This document shows, in pieces, positions 48,390 to 59,163 of a stretch of 64,000 bases of DNA. The notes beneath the pieces were generated by a model. It searched no databases and was not told where the DNA came from. It was given only the letters and a program-made list of their open reading frames with translations. Made by a program: the position numbers and the translations under genes. The DNA is from Blastocatellia bacterium (lineage in GTDB: Bacteria > Acidobacteriota > Blastocatellia > HR10): positions 3,120 to 67,119 of the forward strand of contig JANWYV010000022.1 of assembly GCA_025055075.1 (NCBI GenBank), written 5' to 3'. Numbering within the stretch: the first letter of the stretch is position 1; each line of letters opens with the position of its first letter.

Positions 48390-50338
48390 TGAAGACGTTC
48401 TATGTCACCACGCCCATCTACTACGTCAACAGCTTCCCGCATCTGGGACATCTCTACTCGACATTGGTGGCCGATACGCTCGCCCGCTATAAGCGGCAAT
48501 GCGGGTACGACACGTTCTTCCTGACGGGCACGGATGAGCATGGGCAAAATATCGAACGCATCGCGCGCGAGCGAGGCGTCTCCCCACAGGCGCATTGCGA
48601 TGAGATGGCCGAAGCGTTCAAGGGCATGATTCGGGATTTCGGCCTGGAGCCGAGTTATTTCATTCGCACGTCGGATGCCTATCATCACCGCGGGGCGCAA
48701 GCGTTGTGGCGGCGCGTGCACGAGGCCGGATACATCTACAAGGGACAATACGAGGGCTGGTTCTGTCCGGCCTGTGCGGAATTCAAAGAGGAGGAAGAGC
48801 CGGGACGCCCGCCGCTGTGCGAGCTGCACAATCGTCCGGCGGAACGCGTGGCTGAAGAGAGTTACTTCTTCCGCCTCTCAGCGTTTCAAGATCGGCTGCT
48901 GGCTTATTATCGAGAGCATCCCGAGTGCGTGCGTCCGACCTCGCGCTACAACGAGGTGGTGAGTTTCGTCAAAGGCGGGTTGAAGGACCTCTCGATCAGT
49001 CGTGTCTCGGTTCGATGGGGAGTACCGGTTCCCGAGGATCCGCAGCATACGATGTACGTGTGGTTCGATGCCCTGTCGAATTACATCACGGCATTGGGCT
49101 GGGGGAACGATGGGGAACATTTGCGGGCAGCGGGGATCAGCGAGGGCCCGATCTTCGAACGGTATTGGCCGGCCGACGTGCACATCGTGGGCAAGGACAT
49201 CCTGCGCTTCCACGCCGTCTACTGGCCGGCGTTCTTGATGGCGGCGGGACTGCCGCTGCCGCGCACGGTCTATGCGCACGGGATGTGGCTCTCGGGGGGG
49301 CGCAAGATGTCCAAGACCCTCGGCAACGTCATTGACCTGGCTGTGCTGCGCCGCTTCTTCCCGCGCGATGTCGTGCGCTACTTCTGCTTGCGCGAGATGG
49401 TCTTCGGCGAGGATGCCGATTTCACCTACGGAGCGCTCATCGAGCGCGCGAATGCTGATCTGGCCGATGGGGTGGGGAATCTCGCCAGTCGCACGCTCAC
49501 GATGGTGCAGCGGTTCTGCGGGGGGAGTCTCCCTTCGATCTCGACGCGCGCGTTGGGGGGATACGAGGAGGAGATTCGGGCGGCCATTGAGGCGACGATC
49601 CGCACATTCATCGCCGAATTCGACGCGTACAATTTCAGCCGGGCCTTAGAAGCCGCCTGGGGGCTGATCGCCCGCGTGGATAAATATCTCTCGGACACGA
49701 AGCCATGGGATCTGGCGCGTCGTCCCGAAGAGCGAGCGCGCGTGGAGACCGTGCTCGCCATCGCCGTGCGCGCCCTGCGGGTATTGGCCGTGCTGCTAGC
49801 TCCCGTCCTTCCGGAGACCATGCGCGCGCTCTGGAGGCAGCTGGGACTTCCCGATGAGCCCGCTCACGTGAATCCGATCGCGCTCGAGTTCGAGGCGCCG
49901 ATGGCCGGAGCCCGCATCGGCGAGGTGCGCCCACTCTTTCCCAGGATGGACAAGGAGAGGATTATGGCAGAGATCGAGAGTCAAGGTCATTCGCCGGCAT
50001 CGCCGTCATCGATCACTATTGAGGAATTTGCGCGCGTGGACTTGCGCGCGGGGACTGTGGTCTTCGCCGAGAAGGTGGCGGGAGCGGATAAGCTCCTGCG
50101 ATTGCTGGTAGACATCGGCGAAGCGGAGCCGCGACAGGTCGTCGCGGGGATCGCTCCCTATTACCGACCGGAAGAACTGGTCGGACGAAAGGTGATCCTC
50201 GTGGCGAACTTGCAGCCACGGAAGGTCCGGGGGATCGAATCGCGGGGTATGGTGTTGGCAGCCGTCGTGGGGCCGGAAGAACGTCCGGTGCTCGCTGGAT
50301 TCCTGGAGGACGTGCCAAGCGGGGCGAAGCTGCGATGA
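48389..50338 (+). CDS. metG: Methionine--tRNA ligase with C-terminal tRNA-binding domain
   Basis: TTPIYY, HLGH, TGTDEHG, YVWFDAL, GKDILRFH, KMSKT; OB-fold tail. Confidence 0.97.
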   Translation: MKTFYVTTPIYYVNSFPHLGHLYSTLVADTLARYKRQCGYDTFFLTGTDEHGQNIERIARERGVSPQAHCDEMAEAFKGMIRDFGLEPSYFIRTSDAYHHRGAQALWRRVHEAGYIYKGQYEGWFCPACAEFKEEEEPGRPPLCELHNRPAERVAEESYFFRLSAFQDRLLAYYREHPECVRPTSRYNEVVSFVKGGLKDLSISRVSVRWGVPVPEDPQHTMYVWFDALSNYITALGWGNDGEHLRAAGISEGPIFERYWPADVHIVGKDILRFHAVYWPAFLMAAGLPLPRTVYAHGMWLSGGRKMSKTLGNVIDLAVLRRFFPRDVVRYFCLREMVFGEDADFTYGALIERANADLADGVGNLASRTLTMVQRFCGGSLPSISTRALGGYEEEIRAAIEATIRTFIAEFDAYNFSRALEAAWGLIARVDKYLSDTKPWDLARRPEERARVETVLAIAVRALRVLAVLLAPVLPETMRALWRQLGLPDEPAHVNPIALEFEAPMAGARIGEVRPLFPRMDKERIMAEIESQGHSPASPSSITIEEFARVDLRAGTVVFAEKVAGADKLLRLLVDIGEAEPRQVVAGIAPYYRPEELVGRKVILVANLQPRKVRGIESRGMVLAAVVGPEERPVLAGFLEDVPSGAKLR

Positions 50339-51156
50339 GCATCTTCGCGGATGCGCACGCGCATGTGAATGCTCCCGAATTCGATGTTGATCGCCACGAG
50401 GTGCTCGCGCGAGCTCGCGCTGGTGGCGTCGCCGTGATCCTCGATGTCGCATTGAGTGGACCGGAGCCGACGTTCGAGCGCGCGCTCGCCCTCGCGGAGG
50501 CGCACGACGGGATCTATCTGGCGCTCGGCGTTCATCCCCACGATGCGAAGACGTACACGGCGGACTTGGAAGAGCGATTGCTCGCGCTGTCTGCTCATCC
50601 CAAGGTCATCGCCTGGGGGGAGATCGGGCTCGATTACCACTACGATCATTCTCCTCGTCCGGTGCAGCGCGAGGTCTTCCGTCGGCAACTGCAGGTGGCC
50701 GAACGTCGAGGGCTCCCCGTCATCATCCATTCGCGCGAAGCGGAGGCCGATACCCTCGCGCTCTTGCAGGAGCATGGGCCTCGCGTGCGCGGTATGATGC
50801 ATTGCTTCACGGGGAGCTTGGAGATGGCGCGCCGATGCGTGGAGTTGGGGTTGTACATTTCGTTCTCGGGCATCATCACGTTTCGGAATGCGTCGGCGCT
50901 CGTCGAAGTGGTCCGCGCATTGCCGCGCGAGCGCATCCTGATCGAGACCGATTGCCCCTATCTGGCTCCCGTCCCCTATCGCGGGAAGCGGAACGAACCG
51001 CTCTTTGTGCGCGAGGTCGCTCGTCGGCTCGCCGACGTGTGGGGAGAATCGCTGGAGGCTGTCGCCCGGCAGACGACGGAGAATTTTCTCGCGCTCTTCG
51101 CCGATCGTCTGCAGCCTCGCGATGTGCGGCGCTTGCGGGGAGACGGCGCGTTTTGA
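50335..51156 (+). CDS. tatD: TatD-family hydrolase
   Basis: DAHAH, GVHPH, GEIGLDY, IHSR, HCF, ETDCPY. Confidence 0.95.
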   Translation: MSIFADAHAHVNAPEFDVDRHEVLARARAGGVAVILDVALSGPEPTFERALALAEAHDGIYLALGVHPHDAKTYTADLEERLLALSAHPKVIAWGEIGLDYHYDHSPRPVQREVFRRQLQVAERRGLPVIIHSREAEADTLALLQEHGPRVRGMMHCFTGSLEMARRCVELGLYISFSGIITFRNASALVEVVRALPRERILIETDCPYLAPVPYRGKRNEPLFVREVARRLADVWGESLEAVARQTTENFLALFADRLQPRDVRRLRGDGAF

Positions 51157-51191
51157 AGTTCGGGCTGTTCTTCGCATTCCATCGGGCGAGG

Positions 51192-52382
51192 ATGTCGGGG
51201 ATGCGTGGAGAACGGGAGATCGCGCATGCGGATCTCATTCGGGGATTGAGACAATTCGCGACGTTGCGGGCGCTCTATGCTTCGGACTTCTACCGTCGGC
51301 ACGCCGAGCGACTGCGCGCGCTTCTGGAGACCGTGCAGTGGTACGTGCGCGATGGCGTGCGGCCGCGCGTGCGCGCGTTCTTGCGCGCTGTTCAGTGGAA
51401 CATCGAGAAGGGAAAGCGCTTCGAAGGTCTGCGCCATCTTCTGGAGACGCATCCCATTTTGCGAGAGGCCGATCTGCTCTTCCTCAACGAAGTGGATCAC
51501 GGTATGAACCGATCGGGGAATCGAGACATCACCGAGGCGCTCAGTCGCTCGCTCGGGATGCACGGCGTCTTCGCGCCCGCGTATGTGGAGTTGACTAAAG
51601 GCGTCGGGGCCGAACGCGAGCTGCCCGGGGAGAATACGACGGCGTTGCAGGGCAATGCCATCTTGTCGCGCTATCCCGTGCGCGCGGCGCGGATTCTCTC
51701 GCTCCCGCAGTGCTTCGAATATTTCGAGTTTGGTGAGAAGCGCTTCGGTCGGCGGATCGCCCTGATCGCGGATGTAGAGCTGCCGGGAGGGAAACTTTTG
51801 CGCGCCGTCTGCACGCACCTGGAGACGCGCACGACGCCGCGCGAGCGCGCGCGACAGATGGCGGCGATCCTCGATGCCTTGGAGGGGACGGACGTCCCCG
51901 TGCTGCTGGCTGGCGATTGGAATACGAGCACGTTCGCGCGAGGCACGCGATGGCGCGCGCTTCGGGAATTGTTGCGCATTCTGTTGTGTTCGGCCGAGCG
52001 CATGCAACGCGACCTTCGCTATCCCGATCGCGGGCGCGAGCCGCTCTTCGACGTATTGCGCCAGCGCGGCTATCACTACCGCGAGTGGAATGACGAAACG
52101 CCGACACACATCCTTCCGGTCGAAGTCGCCGAAGATGCGCACTACGTGCCGGGATTCTCGCACGCGTGGGTGATCCGCAAGTACCAGCCGTATGGCTGTC
52201 GGATCGGACTTCGGCTCGATTGGTTCGCCGCGCGCGCGTTGCGTCCGCTCGCTGAGGGAGAAGTTCAAGATGGGGAGTCCGGAGTGTCGAGCGTGCGTCC
52301 GCAGACGCTCTCGGGCTTGACGTATCAGGAGCAACCGGTCTCGGATCACGCGCCCATCGTCGTGGATGTGGCGCTTCCGTAA
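51192..52382 (+). CDS. Endonuclease/exonuclease/phosphatase family protein
   Basis: WNIEKG, LNEVD, GNAILSRYP, THLE, GDWN, LDW, SDHAP; start uncertain (51153-51201). Confidence 0.85.
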   Translation: MSGMRGEREIAHADLIRGLRQFATLRALYASDFYRRHAERLRALLETVQWYVRDGVRPRVRAFLRAVQWNIEKGKRFEGLRHLLETHPILREADLLFLNEVDHGMNRSGNRDITEALSRSLGMHGVFAPAYVELTKGVGAERELPGENTTALQGNAILSRYPVRAARILSLPQCFEYFEFGEKRFGRRIALIADVELPGGKLLRAVCTHLETRTTPRERARQMAAILDALEGTDVPVLLAGDWNTSTFARGTRWRALRELLRILLCSAERMQRDLRYPDRGREPLFDVLRQRGYHYREWNDETPTHILPVEVAEDAHYVPGFSHAWVIRKYQPYGCRIGLRLDWFAARALRPLAEGEVQDGESGVSSVRPQTLSGLTYQEQPVSDHAPIVVDVALP

Positions 52383-52417
52383 GGGCCGTGCTACACTTCC
52401 CGAGCAAGGGAGGGGTG

Positions 52418-52948
52418 ATGCGGCGGTTGCTGAACCTGGGGCGCGAGCTTTCGATCGTCGTGAGCGCGCTCGTCGTCTTCGTCCTGAGCGCTTCGGTCGC
52501 GATGTATCTTGTGCTGCGTCAGCCGGTCGTGCGGACTCCGGCTTTGGTGGGCAAGCCGCTCTCGGAAGCTGAACGCATGGCCGAGCGCACGGGCTTGAAG
52601 CTTCAGGTGAAAGGCACCGTCTACGACGAGCGCTATCCGGCCCAGTTCATCGTTGAGCAATGGCCGCCGCCGGGGATGAGCGTCAAGCGCGGTCAGCCAC
52701 TGCGCGTCAACGTGAGCTTGGGACCGCGTCCTTCCGATCGCGCGCCGTCGCCGGAAGCCATGGAGCGAAAAGCCCCTGGTTCCGGCGAACGATCATCATC
52801 GGAGCCGGCTTCTCTCGAAGCGGGAGAGGCACAACCTCACGCTTCGTCTCCTCCGTTGACTGAGGAGCGCCCGCCGTTCGCCTCGCCGGAGTTGAAAGCG
52901 CGTGGCGAGCCATCCGAGCCTTCGCCACAGAGGAGGCCGGAGCGATGA
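52418..52948 (+). CDS. Membrane-anchored PASTA-domain protein
   Basis: TM segment, P.LVGK.L.EA...Q.P.PG..VK.G..L.V.VS.G; Pro/Ser/Glu-rich tail. Confidence 0.85.
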   Translation: MRRLLNLGRELSIVVSALVVFVLSASVAMYLVLRQPVVRTPALVGKPLSEAERMAERTGLKLQVKGTVYDERYPAQFIVEQWPPPGMSVKRGQPLRVNVSLGPRPSDRAPSPEAMERKAPGSGERSSSEPASLEAGEAQPHASSPPLTEERPPFASPELKARGEPSEPSPQRRPER

Positions 52949-53622
52949 TTCACATCGCCCCATCCATTCTCTCAGCGGATTTCGCGCGTTTGGGGGAGCA
53001 GATCGCTTTGGTGGAGCGAGCCGGGGCTTCTCTCATTCACATTGATGTGATGGACGGGCGCTTCGTTCCCAACATCACCGTCGGACCGCTGGTGGTGGAG
53101 GCCGTTCGTCGAGTGACGACGTTGCCGCTGGACGTGCATCTGATGATCGTCGAGCCGGAGCGTTACCTGGAGGACTTCGCGCGCGCTGGGGCGAACTATA
53201 TCTCGGTCCATGTGGAGGCGAGTCCGCATTTACATCGGACGCTCACGCGAATTCGCGAGCTGGGTTGCCGCGCGGGCATCGCTTTGAATCCCGCCACGCC
53301 CCTGTGGGCCATCGAGGAAGCGCTGGAGTATGCCGATTTCGTCCTGCTCATGTCGGTGAATCCGGGATGGGGAGGACAGCGATTCATCCCCGCATCGCTC
53401 GATCGCGCGCGGCGCTTACGCGCGATGATCCGCGAGCGCGGTCTTCTGACGCGGATCGAGATGGATGGAGGGATCGGTGTGGAGAACCTCATGGAGGTCC
53501 TGGAAGGCGGGGTCGAGATGGTCGTAGCCGGATCGGCGATTTTCGCGGCGCCCGACCCTGCCCAAGTCGTCGCAGAGATGGTAGAATTAGCTCGACGCTT
53601 CGAGAGGCGAACAACGTGTTGA
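52945..53622 (+). CDS. rpe: Ribulose-phosphate 3-epimerase
   Basis: APSILSADF, HIDVMDG, DVHLM, MSVNPG.GGQ, DGG. Confidence 0.97.
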   Translation: MIHIAPSILSADFARLGEQIALVERAGASLIHIDVMDGRFVPNITVGPLVVEAVRRVTTLPLDVHLMIVEPERYLEDFARAGANYISVHVEASPHLHRTLTRIRELGCRAGIALNPATPLWAIEEALEYADFVLLMSVNPGWGGQRFIPASLDRARRLRAMIRERGLLTRIEMDGGIGVENLMEVLEGGVEMVVAGSAIFAAPDPAQVVAEMVELARRFERRTTC

Positions 53623-53630
53623 GGGGGATC

Positions 53631-54791
53631 ATGAGGGACAAACGGCTTGCGTTGATCATCCTGCTCGCTTCCGCCGCCCTGCTCCTTGGCGGATGCGGTC
53701 GTGGCAAGAAGGTCGTCTTGGAGGAAGCGCGACCTGGGCGCGATAAGGAGCTGTTCGAGCAGGGATTGACGGAGTTGAGCAAGAACAAATTCATCGTCGG
53801 GCGTTTGCTGCTGCAAACGCTTATCACGACGTATCCGGATAGTCCCTATCTGCCGATCGCCAAACTCGCCATTGCCGATTCGTTCTATCTGGAGGGAACG
53901 TCGGAAGCGCTCGCGCAGGCGGAAGTCGAATACACCGATTTCGCCAATTTCTTCCCCACGCACCCGTTGGCGGATGACGCGCTCTTGCAGGTGGCACTGG
54001 CGAAGATGCGACGCATTCAGCCGCCGGATCGCGATCAGAAGCCGACGCGTGAGGCCGAGCGCCGATTGTTGGCCGTCTTGCAGCGCTATCCGAACACGGA
54101 TCGCAAGGACGAGGTTCAGCAGTGGCTGAAGGCCGTTCGAGACGTCCTCGCCGAGCACGAGATGTACGTCGCCCGCCACTACATGATCCGCGAGCGTCCG
54201 CGCGGGGCGAAGCGTCGGTTGATGACGATCATCGAGCGCTATCCCACGTACTCGAAATTCGACGAAGCGCTCTACCGGCTTGGTACGGTCCTCTTCCAGG
54301 AAGAGGAGCCGGAGGAAGCCGCCAAATATTTCGCGTGGTTGGTGCGCGAGTTCCCCAACAGCGAATATCGGCGTCAGGCGGCTGAGATGCTGGAGCGTAT
54401 CGGCAAGCCTGTGCCCGAAGTGGATCCAGCCGAGATCGCTCGTGCCGACGGATCGGCGAACAAGGGCTTCCTCAGCGCGATGTGGGGGAAGATGAAGACG
54501 GTGTTGGGGATCGTGGATTTGGATGTCCCCAAAGAGGGGGTGCTGCTCAGGCGGGGCGAGACGGCTGAAGAACTGATCGCTTCGGCAACGGCGCTTCTGC
54601 CAACGCAGACGGTCATCACCCCACAAGCCACGACGGTCGTCGTCGGTCCGACCGCACCGGCCGGAGCAGGGGGCACGGCCCAAGGGCGACAGGAATTGCG
54701 CATCGGCGTGACGACGGGTTCGGAGACCTCCTCACCTGATGCCAAGGCGAAGGAAAAGAAGGACGAGAGGAAGAGGCCGGAGAAGAAGTGA
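53631..54791 (+). CDS. bamD: Outer-membrane protein assembly lipoprotein BamD
   Basis: Lipobox LLGGC; TYPDSPY, DRDQ, LAEHE..VARHY. Confidence 0.88.
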   Translation: MRDKRLALIILLASAALLLGGCGRGKKVVLEEARPGRDKELFEQGLTELSKNKFIVGRLLLQTLITTYPDSPYLPIAKLAIADSFYLEGTSEALAQAEVEYTDFANFFPTHPLADDALLQVALAKMRRIQPPDRDQKPTREAERRLLAVLQRYPNTDRKDEVQQWLKAVRDVLAEHEMYVARHYMIRERPRGAKRRLMTIIERYPTYSKFDEALYRLGTVLFQEEEPEEAAKYFAWLVREFPNSEYRRQAAEMLERIGKPVPEVDPAEIARADGSANKGFLSAMWGKMKTVLGIVDLDVPKEGVLLRRGETAEELIASATALLPTQTVITPQATTVVVGPTAPAGAGGTAQGRQELRIGVTTGSETSSPDAKAKEKKDERKRPEKK

Positions 54792-54900
54792 GATGGGGGT
54801 CGGTCTGGACCGCGGCCATCACGAAGGTCGTCAGAACGATTCCAAGGTGCTCGCACGGGTGTGACGAGGAAAATCCGCCCGTGTGGATCCTTCATCCGCA

Positions 54901-54942
54901 GGGGATCAGCCGATGAAGTCGCGCGTGATCCCCAATTTTTTT
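54901..54942 (+). terminator. Terminator-like hairpin directly upstream of the valS RBS
   Basis: GGGGATCA...TGATCCCC followed by AATTTTTTT. Confidence 0.5.
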
Positions 54943-54956
54943 GAGAGGGAAGGGCG

Positions 54957-57644
54957 ATGTCGGAGCTGCCGAAGGCCTATGATCCACATGAGGTCGAACG
55001 GCGATGGTACCGAATTTGGGAAGAGCGAGGATATTTTCGCCCGGAAATGCGGCCCGAAGGACCGCCGTTCGCCATCGTTTTGCCCCCGCCGAATGTGACC
55101 GGGCATCTGCATATCGGGCATGCACTCAATCACACGCTTCAAGACGTCGTCGTGCGTTGGCGGCGCATGTGTGGGGATCGGGTCCTCTGGGTGCCGGGGA
55201 CGGATCATGCGGGGATCGCCACACAGGTCGTCGTGGAGCGAGAGTTGGCTAAGGAGGGGGTGACGCGCCAACAGTTGGGGCGCGAGGCGTTCGAACAGCG
55301 CGTCTGGCAGTGGCGCGAGCACAGTGGCGGCGTGATCCTGCAGCAGATGCGACGCGAAGGCATCTCGGTGGACTGGACGCGCGAGGCGTTCACTCTCGAT
55401 GCCCCGCGGTCGCGCGCTGTCATCGAGGCGTTCGTCCGGCTCTACGAGGAAGGCCTCATCTATCGAGGCGAGTACATCATCAATTGGTGCCCGCGCTGTC
55501 AGACGGCGCTCTCGGATCTGGAAGCGCCCAAACGGGAAGTGCGCGGGCGGCTCTATTACATCGCGTATGCTTTGAAAGAGGAGCCGAGCGCCGCGCCCTC
55601 CGAGCGAGCCTTGGTGATCGCGACGACGCGCCCGGAGACGATGTTCGGCGATACTGCGGTCGCCGTCCATCCGGACGATGAGCGATATCGGCATCTGATC
55701 GGTCGGACGGCCATCCTTCCCTTCGTGCATCGCGAAGTGCCGATCTTGGCCGATACCCGCGTGGAACGGGAGTTCGGGACGGGCGCGGTCAAGATCACGC
55801 CCGCGCATGATCCGGTGGATTTCGAGATCGGAAGGACGCATGGATTGCCGCGCGTCCTCGCGCTCGATCAGGCTGGGCGCATGACGGAAGCCGCCGGGCC
55901 CTTCGCGGGTCTGGATCGGTTCGAGGCGCGTCGGCGCGTGGTGGAGGAGTTGGAGAAGCTGGGGCAATTGGTGCGCGTCGAAGAGCACACCCATGCCGTC
56001 GGCCATTGTCAGCGATGTGAGACGGTCATCGAGCCGCTCGTCTCCACGCAATGGTTCTTGCACGTGAAGCCACTCGCGGAGGAGGCCATTCGCGCTGTTC
56101 GAGAGGGACGGACGCGCATTCTGCCGGAGAATTGGACCAAGGTCTATTTTGAGTGGCTGGAGAACATCCGCGATTGGTGCATCAGTCGGCAGTTGTGGTG
56201 GGGGCATCGCATCCCGGCTTGGTATTGTGCGGAGGGGCATGTCACCGTCGCCCGGCACACGCCCGCGGCGTGCACCGCTTGCGGCCGCACGGAATTGCGG
56301 CAGGATGAAGATGTGCTCGACACGTGGTTCAGCTCGGCGCTCTGGCCCTTCTCGACGCTCGGGTGGCCCGAGGATACGGAAGACTTACGCACCTTCTATC
56401 CCACGTCGCTCTTGGTCACCGGCTTCGACATCCTCTTCTTCTGGGTCGCGCGCATGATGATGATGGGGTTGAAATTCATGACGGATCATCCCTCGCGCGC
56501 ACATGCTCGCGATCCTGACGCCGTCCCATTTCGCGTCGTGCTCATTCACGGACTCGTGCGCGATCCGTATGGGCAGAAGATGTCCAAGACGCGTGGCAAC
56601 GTCATTGATCCTCTGGAGGTCTTCGAGCGCTATGGGACCGATGCCGTGCGCTTCACGCTATTGGCCTCGGCGGCGCCGGGCAACGACATCTCGTTGCAGT
56701 ATTCGAAGCTGGAGACGTATCGGAACTTCTGCAATAAGATTTGGAACGCCGCGCGCTTCGTCTTGATGCACACTGATGCGACGGACGTCGCATCTTCGAC
56801 CGATGAGGTGCCGCTGACGCTCGCCGATCGGTGGATGCAGAGCGTCTTGCATCGAACGATCGCCGAAGTCACGCGCGATCTCGAAGAATTTCGCTTTCAC
56901 GAGGCCGCGCATCGGCTCTATCACTTCTTCTGGCACGACTTCTGCGACTGGTATTTGGAGTTGCAGAAGGGCGCGGCCACGCAAGCTGAAGATTCGCCGC
57001 AGCGACGGGCAGCGCGCCAGCGCTTGCGCGAGGTCCTAGAGACGGCGCTGCGACTGCTGCATCCCTTCATGCCCTTCATCACCGAGGAGCTGTGGCAGCG
57101 TCTGCCGCATCATGGGGAGACGATCTGCCTAGCGCCCTATCCGACGTCGAATCCCATGCGCATTGATCCGGTGGCCGAACGGCGCATGGAGACGATCATC
57201 GAAGTCATCACGAAGGTGCGGAACATTCGCGCGGTGATGAATATTGATCCGGCCAAGGAGCTACGGCTGTTGGTGCGTCCCTCGACGGCAGAGGCGGCGG
57301 CCTTGATCGAGGAGCAGGATGCGGCGATTCGCCGCTTGGCGCGCGTGGAGCGGATCGAGTGTGTCGCGTCGCTGGATGGATATGGGCAAGTGGCACGCGA
57401 TGTGGCGAACGAGATTGAGTTGGCCGTGCCTCTGGAGGGTCTCATTGATGTGGAGCGGGAGCGGGAGCGGCTTCGTCGTACCGTTGAGAAACTGGAGAAG
57501 GAGTTGGAGCAACTCGAACGTCGCTTGGCCAATGCCGATTTCCTGGAGCGAGCGCCGGAGGAGGTCGTGCGAGAGACGCGCGAGCGCCATGAGGAAGTGA
57601 GCGAGCGCCGGCAGCGGCTTCTGGCGATCCTCGAGGGATTGTGA
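54957..57644 (+). CDS. valS: Valine--tRNA ligase
   Basis: [42 protein letters not shown]; coiled-coil tail. Confidence 0.98.
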   Translation: MSELPKAYDPHEVERRWYRIWEERGYFRPEMRPEGPPFAIVLPPPNVTGHLHIGHALNHTLQDVVVRWRRMCGDRVLWVPGTDHAGIATQVVVERELAKEGVTRQQLGREAFEQRVWQWREHSGGVILQQMRREGISVDWTREAFTLDAPRSRAVIEAFVRLYEEGLIYRGEYIINWCPRCQTALSDLEAPKREVRGRLYYIAYALKEEPSAAPSERALVIATTRPETMFGDTAVAVHPDDERYRHLIGRTAILPFVHREVPILADTRVEREFGTGAVKITPAHDPVDFEIGRTHGLPRVLALDQAGRMTEAAGPFAGLDRFEARRRVVEELEKLGQLVRVEEHTHAVGHCQRCETVIEPLVSTQWFLHVKPLAEEAIRAVREGRTRILPENWTKVYFEWLENIRDWCISRQLWWGHRIPAWYCAEGHVTVARHTPAACTACGRTELRQDEDVLDTWFSSALWPFSTLGWPEDTEDLRTFYPTSLLVTGFDILFFWVARMMMMGLKFMTDHPSRAHARDPDAVPFRVVLIHGLVRDPYGQKMSKTRGNVIDPLEVFERYGTDAVRFTLLASAAPGNDISLQYSKLETYRNFCNKIWNAARFVLMHTDATDVASSTDEVPLTLADRWMQSVLHRTIAEVTRDLEEFRFHEAAHRLYHFFWHDFCDWYLELQKGAATQAEDSPQRRAARQRLREVLETALRLLHPFMPFITEELWQRLPHHGETICLAPYPTSNPMRIDPVAERRMETIIEVITKVRNIRAVMNIDPAKELRLLVRPSTAEAAALIEEQDAAIRRLARVERIECVASLDGYGQVARDVANEIELAVPLEGLIDVERERERLRRTVEKLEKELEQLERRLANADFLERAPEEVVRETRERHEEVSERRQRLLAILEGL

Positions 57645-57679
57645 GCGCCCTCGGGATGACGATGCGGAGGGAGGGGCCG

Positions 57680-58531
57680 ATGCGACTGAATCCGTCCGAC
57701 CTCTTCAAATTGGCGGGAGATTTCCTGGCCGAGGATGTCGGTCGAGGGGATATTACGACGGAGGCCGTCGTGCTGCCTGGGGTGAGGGCGCGCGGCCGCT
57801 TCATCGCCAAGCAGGATTTGGTCGTCGCCGGACTCGAGGTGGCCGATGCCGTCTTCGCCGTCCTCGATTCCTCGGTGGAGATCGAAGCGTTCGTCACCGA
57901 TGGGGATCGCGTGCGCGCCGGAGACGTTTTCGCGCGCGTGGAGGGGCCGGCCGAGGTCTTGCTCGCTGCCGAGCGTACGGCGCTCAATCTCCTGCAGCAT
58001 CTCTCCGGCATCGCGACGCTGACGCGCGCTTTCGTCGAGGCCGTGGCCGGAACGCGCGCGCAGATCGTGGACACGCGCAAGACGCTGCCGGGCCTGCGCA
58101 TGCTTCAGAAATACGCCGTGGTCGTAGGCGGTGGACGCAATCATCGGTTCGGCCTGGACGACGGCGTCCTCATCAAGGACAATCACATCGCGTTGGCCGG
58201 GAGCGTGCGCACGGCTGTCGAACGCGCGCGCAAGTATGCCGGCCATATGCATAAGATCGAGGTCGAAGTCTCCAATATGGAGGATTTGCAAGAGGCGCTC
58301 GATGCTCGCGCCGATATCATCCTGCTCGATAACATGTCGCCGGAGGAAGTGCGCGAGGCCGTGCGTCTGATCCGCGAGCGCGCCCCGGAGGTCTTGGTGG
58401 AAGCGTCCGGAGGGATCACTCTGGAGAACGTGCGCGCCTATGCCGAAGCGGGCGTGGACTTCATCTCCATCGGTGCGCTGACCCATTCGGCGCCCGCTGC
58501 CGACATCAGCATGAAGCTCACGACGCTCTAG
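57680..58531 (+). CDS. nadC: Quinolinate phosphoribosyltransferase
   Basis: EDVG.GDITT, DTRKTLPGLR, HRFGL.D..LIKDNH, LLDNM, EASGG. Confidence 0.97.
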   Translation: MRLNPSDLFKLAGDFLAEDVGRGDITTEAVVLPGVRARGRFIAKQDLVVAGLEVADAVFAVLDSSVEIEAFVTDGDRVRAGDVFARVEGPAEVLLAAERTALNLLQHLSGIATLTRAFVEAVAGTRAQIVDTRKTLPGLRMLQKYAVVVGGGRNHRFGLDDGVLIKDNHIALAGSVRTAVERARKYAGHMHKIEVEVSNMEDLQEALDARADIILLDNMSPEEVREAVRLIRERAPEVLVEASGGITLENVRAYAEAGVDFISIGALTHSAPAADISMKLTTL

Positions 58532-58560
58532 GGGGAACTTTGCTCCGAAAGCCTCGGCGA

Positions 58561-58588
58561 TGTAACCAAATCCCTCGGGCCGACGTCT
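58561..58588 (+). promoter_or_regulatory. Possible ECF sigma-factor promoter
   Basis: TGTAAC-17 nt-CGTCT upstream of the thioredoxin-fold pair. Confidence 0.45.
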
Positions 58589-58602
58589 GAAAGGACGTAG
58601 CT

Positions 58603-59151
58603 ATGGCGAGGAGGCGTATGCGACGAGCGATCAACGTGATGGGATTCGTTTTGGTCGTCGGCTTGGCCGGAAGCGCCTGGGCGCAGCAAGCGCGGCGCAA
58701 TGAACGCGGGACCGCTCCGATCATCCCCGTGACGGCTCAAGAGCTGCTCACCCGAGTGCGCGACGGAAAGGCTCGCGTGACCGTCGTCAACCTCTGGGCG
58801 ACCTTCTGCCAACCCTGTGTCGAGGAGTTCCCGGATCTGGTTCGGTTGGAGAAGGCCTATCGGAATCAAGGCGTGCGCGTGTTCTTCGTCTCGGCGGACT
58901 TCGATTCAGACCTTCCGGCCGTGCGCCGATTCCTACAGAAGCATGGCGTGACATATCCGACGTTCTTGAAAGCCCAGGACGACGATAATGCCTTCATCAC
59001 GACGCTTCATCCGGATTGGTCGGGGGCGCTCCCGGCCACGTTCATTTATGACGCCCAAGGCCGATTGCGCCATTTTCACGAAGGCAAGGGCGATTTCGCC
59101 TTGTTTGAGCGGTTGGTTCAAGAAGTGCTGCGAAATCCAAATCCAGAATGA
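58603..59151 (+). CDS. TlpA-like thiol-disulfide oxidoreductase
   Basis: VNLWATFCQPC..E.P, GALPATF; signal/anchor sequence. Confidence 0.9.
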   Translation: MARRRMRRAINVMGFVLVVGLAGSAWAQQARRNERGTAPIIPVTAQELLTRVRDGKARVTVVNLWATFCQPCVEEFPDLVRLEKAYRNQGVRVFFVSADFDSDLPAVRRFLQKHGVTYPTFLKAQDDDNAFITTLHPDWSGALPATFIYDAQGRLRHFHEGKGDFALFERLVQEVLRNPNPE

Positions 59152-59163
59152 GGAGGTGAGCTT

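Noticed and set aside
54792..54956. Canonical T-box riboswitch before valS
   Set aside because: No T-box consensus or specifier stem was recognised; kept only as a possible atypical attenuator.
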